Origin: Eubacteriales bacterium
GTDB taxonomy: Bacteria; Bacillota; Clostridia; Oscillospirales; CAG-272
Length of the DNA: 64,000 nucleotides
NCBI GenBank assembly: GCA_045636465.1
Contig: JAZTXP010000044.1
Location: 628-64,627, forward strand
Direction of reading: 5' to 3'
Below are positions 63,191-64,000 of the stretch, in pieces; the stretch's first letter is position 1, and the number at the start of each line of letters is the position of its first letter. Below the pieces are notes generated by a model. That model made no database searches and was not told the origin of the DNA. It was given only the letters and a program-made list of their open reading frames with translations. A program made the position numbers and the translations under genes.

Positions 63191-64000
63191 TTAATAATAA
63201 AATTTTTCATCAATAATCAAGTCTATCAATCGGGTTATTTCTGCAGTGCTTACTCCGAAATAAAAAGAAATGGAAAGGCCAATTTCTTCTTCAGAGCTGT
63301 TAACTATATTATTTTTCATATCCTCGAAAGTGCAATCTTCGGTATAAAAATCGTTAAGATAATCATTCACTCCATACACTTCAAAGAAATATCCTCCAAA
63401 TTTATTGAAGTTAAAATCGATCGCATCCTCGCGTTTAAGCTTTGTACTAATTGTGAATTTTTCTAAAGATACTTCTATATCGCAAATACCCTTTAACTCT
63501 ATAACAGGTATTGGATATGCCTCTCTTACCCATTCTTTTTTTATGTTTTTATGATAATGTCCATTATACCATCCCCAGGTTAGTCCGGGATGTAACGTTG
63601 ATAATTGCCTTGATATTTCCAAGCATTTGTTTTCGAGAGTGCTATATACAGAATTGATAATTGCCTCTTTTGAAACGGCAAGAGTATCGATCAGCTTTTT
63701 TGCTTCTTTATATAGTAAAGGCGAGGTTTGGGGATAAGTTAAATTATCTGGCAAGGTTTCAAAAACGGCTATTTCTTTCATTTCACTATCAGGCATTTCG
63801 CCCAAAGTATGTACTATTGCAAGAAAAACCATACCGTTTGCGCTACTAACAGAATTGTAGCCTAAATAATCACAAACCGGATAAATTTCCGCATCTCGAA
63901 TTCCGCTTTCCTCAAAAAGCTCTCGCTTTGCGCATTCAAGCGGCGTTTCACCGTCTTCAATGTGACCGCCTTGAGTTTCCCAAGTGTTGCGGCTCTTATG
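63191..64000 (-). CDS. NUDIX hydrolase fused to an unrecognised C-terminal domain of about 170 aa (5' end outside the window)
   Basis: The ORF stays open in frame up to the window edge. Translating 63833-64000 gives the Nudix box GGHIEDGETPLECAKRELFEESG upstream of the Met listed in the ORF track. Confidence 0.7.
   Translation of the reverse strand, partial: HKSRNTWETQGGHIEDGETPLECAKRELFEESGIRDAEIYPVCDYLGYNSVSSANGMVFLAIVHTLGEMPDSEMKEIAVFETLPDNLTYPQTSPLLYKEAKKLIDTLAVSKEAIINSVYSTLENKCLEISRQLSTLHPGLTWGWYNGHYHKNIKKEWVREAYPIPVIELKGICDIEVSLEKFTISTKLKREDAIDFNFNKFGGYFFEVYGVNDYLNDFYTEDCTFEDMKNNIVNSSEEEIGLSISFYFGVSTAEITRLIDLIIDEKFYY

Noticed and set aside
1-64000. CRISPR arrays, rRNA genes, IS elements with transposases, integrase genes
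   Set aside because: I looked for regularly spaced direct repeats, rRNA-like conserved stretches, and DDE or tyrosine/serine recombinase motifs. I found none in this window.

Overview
The window looks like chromosomal DNA from a low-GC, spore-forming Clostridia-type Firmicute, judged from spoIIID, yabP/yabQ, pdaA, a spoVB-like flippase, AGGAGG ribosome-binding sites and Bacillus-like gene order. It has two parts. (1) Positions 1 to about 17247 are mobile DNA next to the 3' end of a tRNA-Ser(GGA) gene (17248-17339, minus strand). This part holds (a) a roughly 10 kb block of genes all on the plus strand, bracketed by inverted 3x11-bp iteron arrays (665-697 and 10700-10732). The block encodes mostly membrane-anchored or secreted proteins, a polytopic membrane protein with a deviant P-loop, and a rolling-circle Rep with a phiX174-type Y-x-x-K-Y motif. 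I read it as a candidate integrated ssDNA, inovirus/plectrovirus-like or otherwise novel membrane-associated virus-like element. It also holds (b) a convergent minus-strand operon (10784-16848) of small, mostly acidic proteins: ArdA, a PcfJ-like protein, and an unusual fusion of a PcfK/AcrIIA9-like domain, a QLSLF clamp-binding motif and MutS domain I. No integrase, capsid, terminase or T4SS gene is visible in the window, and the element's left end lies outside it. (2) Positions 17.3-64 kb are core genome: aspartate kinase, spoIIID, pgi, a D-Ala-D-Ala carboxypeptidase, pdaA, comFC, glnS, a DUF3343/cysteine desulfurase pair, aroK, the glgB-C-D-A-P operon, yabQ/yabP/S4/hup, hemZ, dtd, relA, recJ, cdaA, an RpiR regulator, a cmk-plsC fusion, an ispH-rpsA fusion, and a minus-strand cluster of small housecleaning-type enzymes. 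No CRISPR array or rRNA was seen. All functional calls come from motif recognition by eye, and no database search was run.
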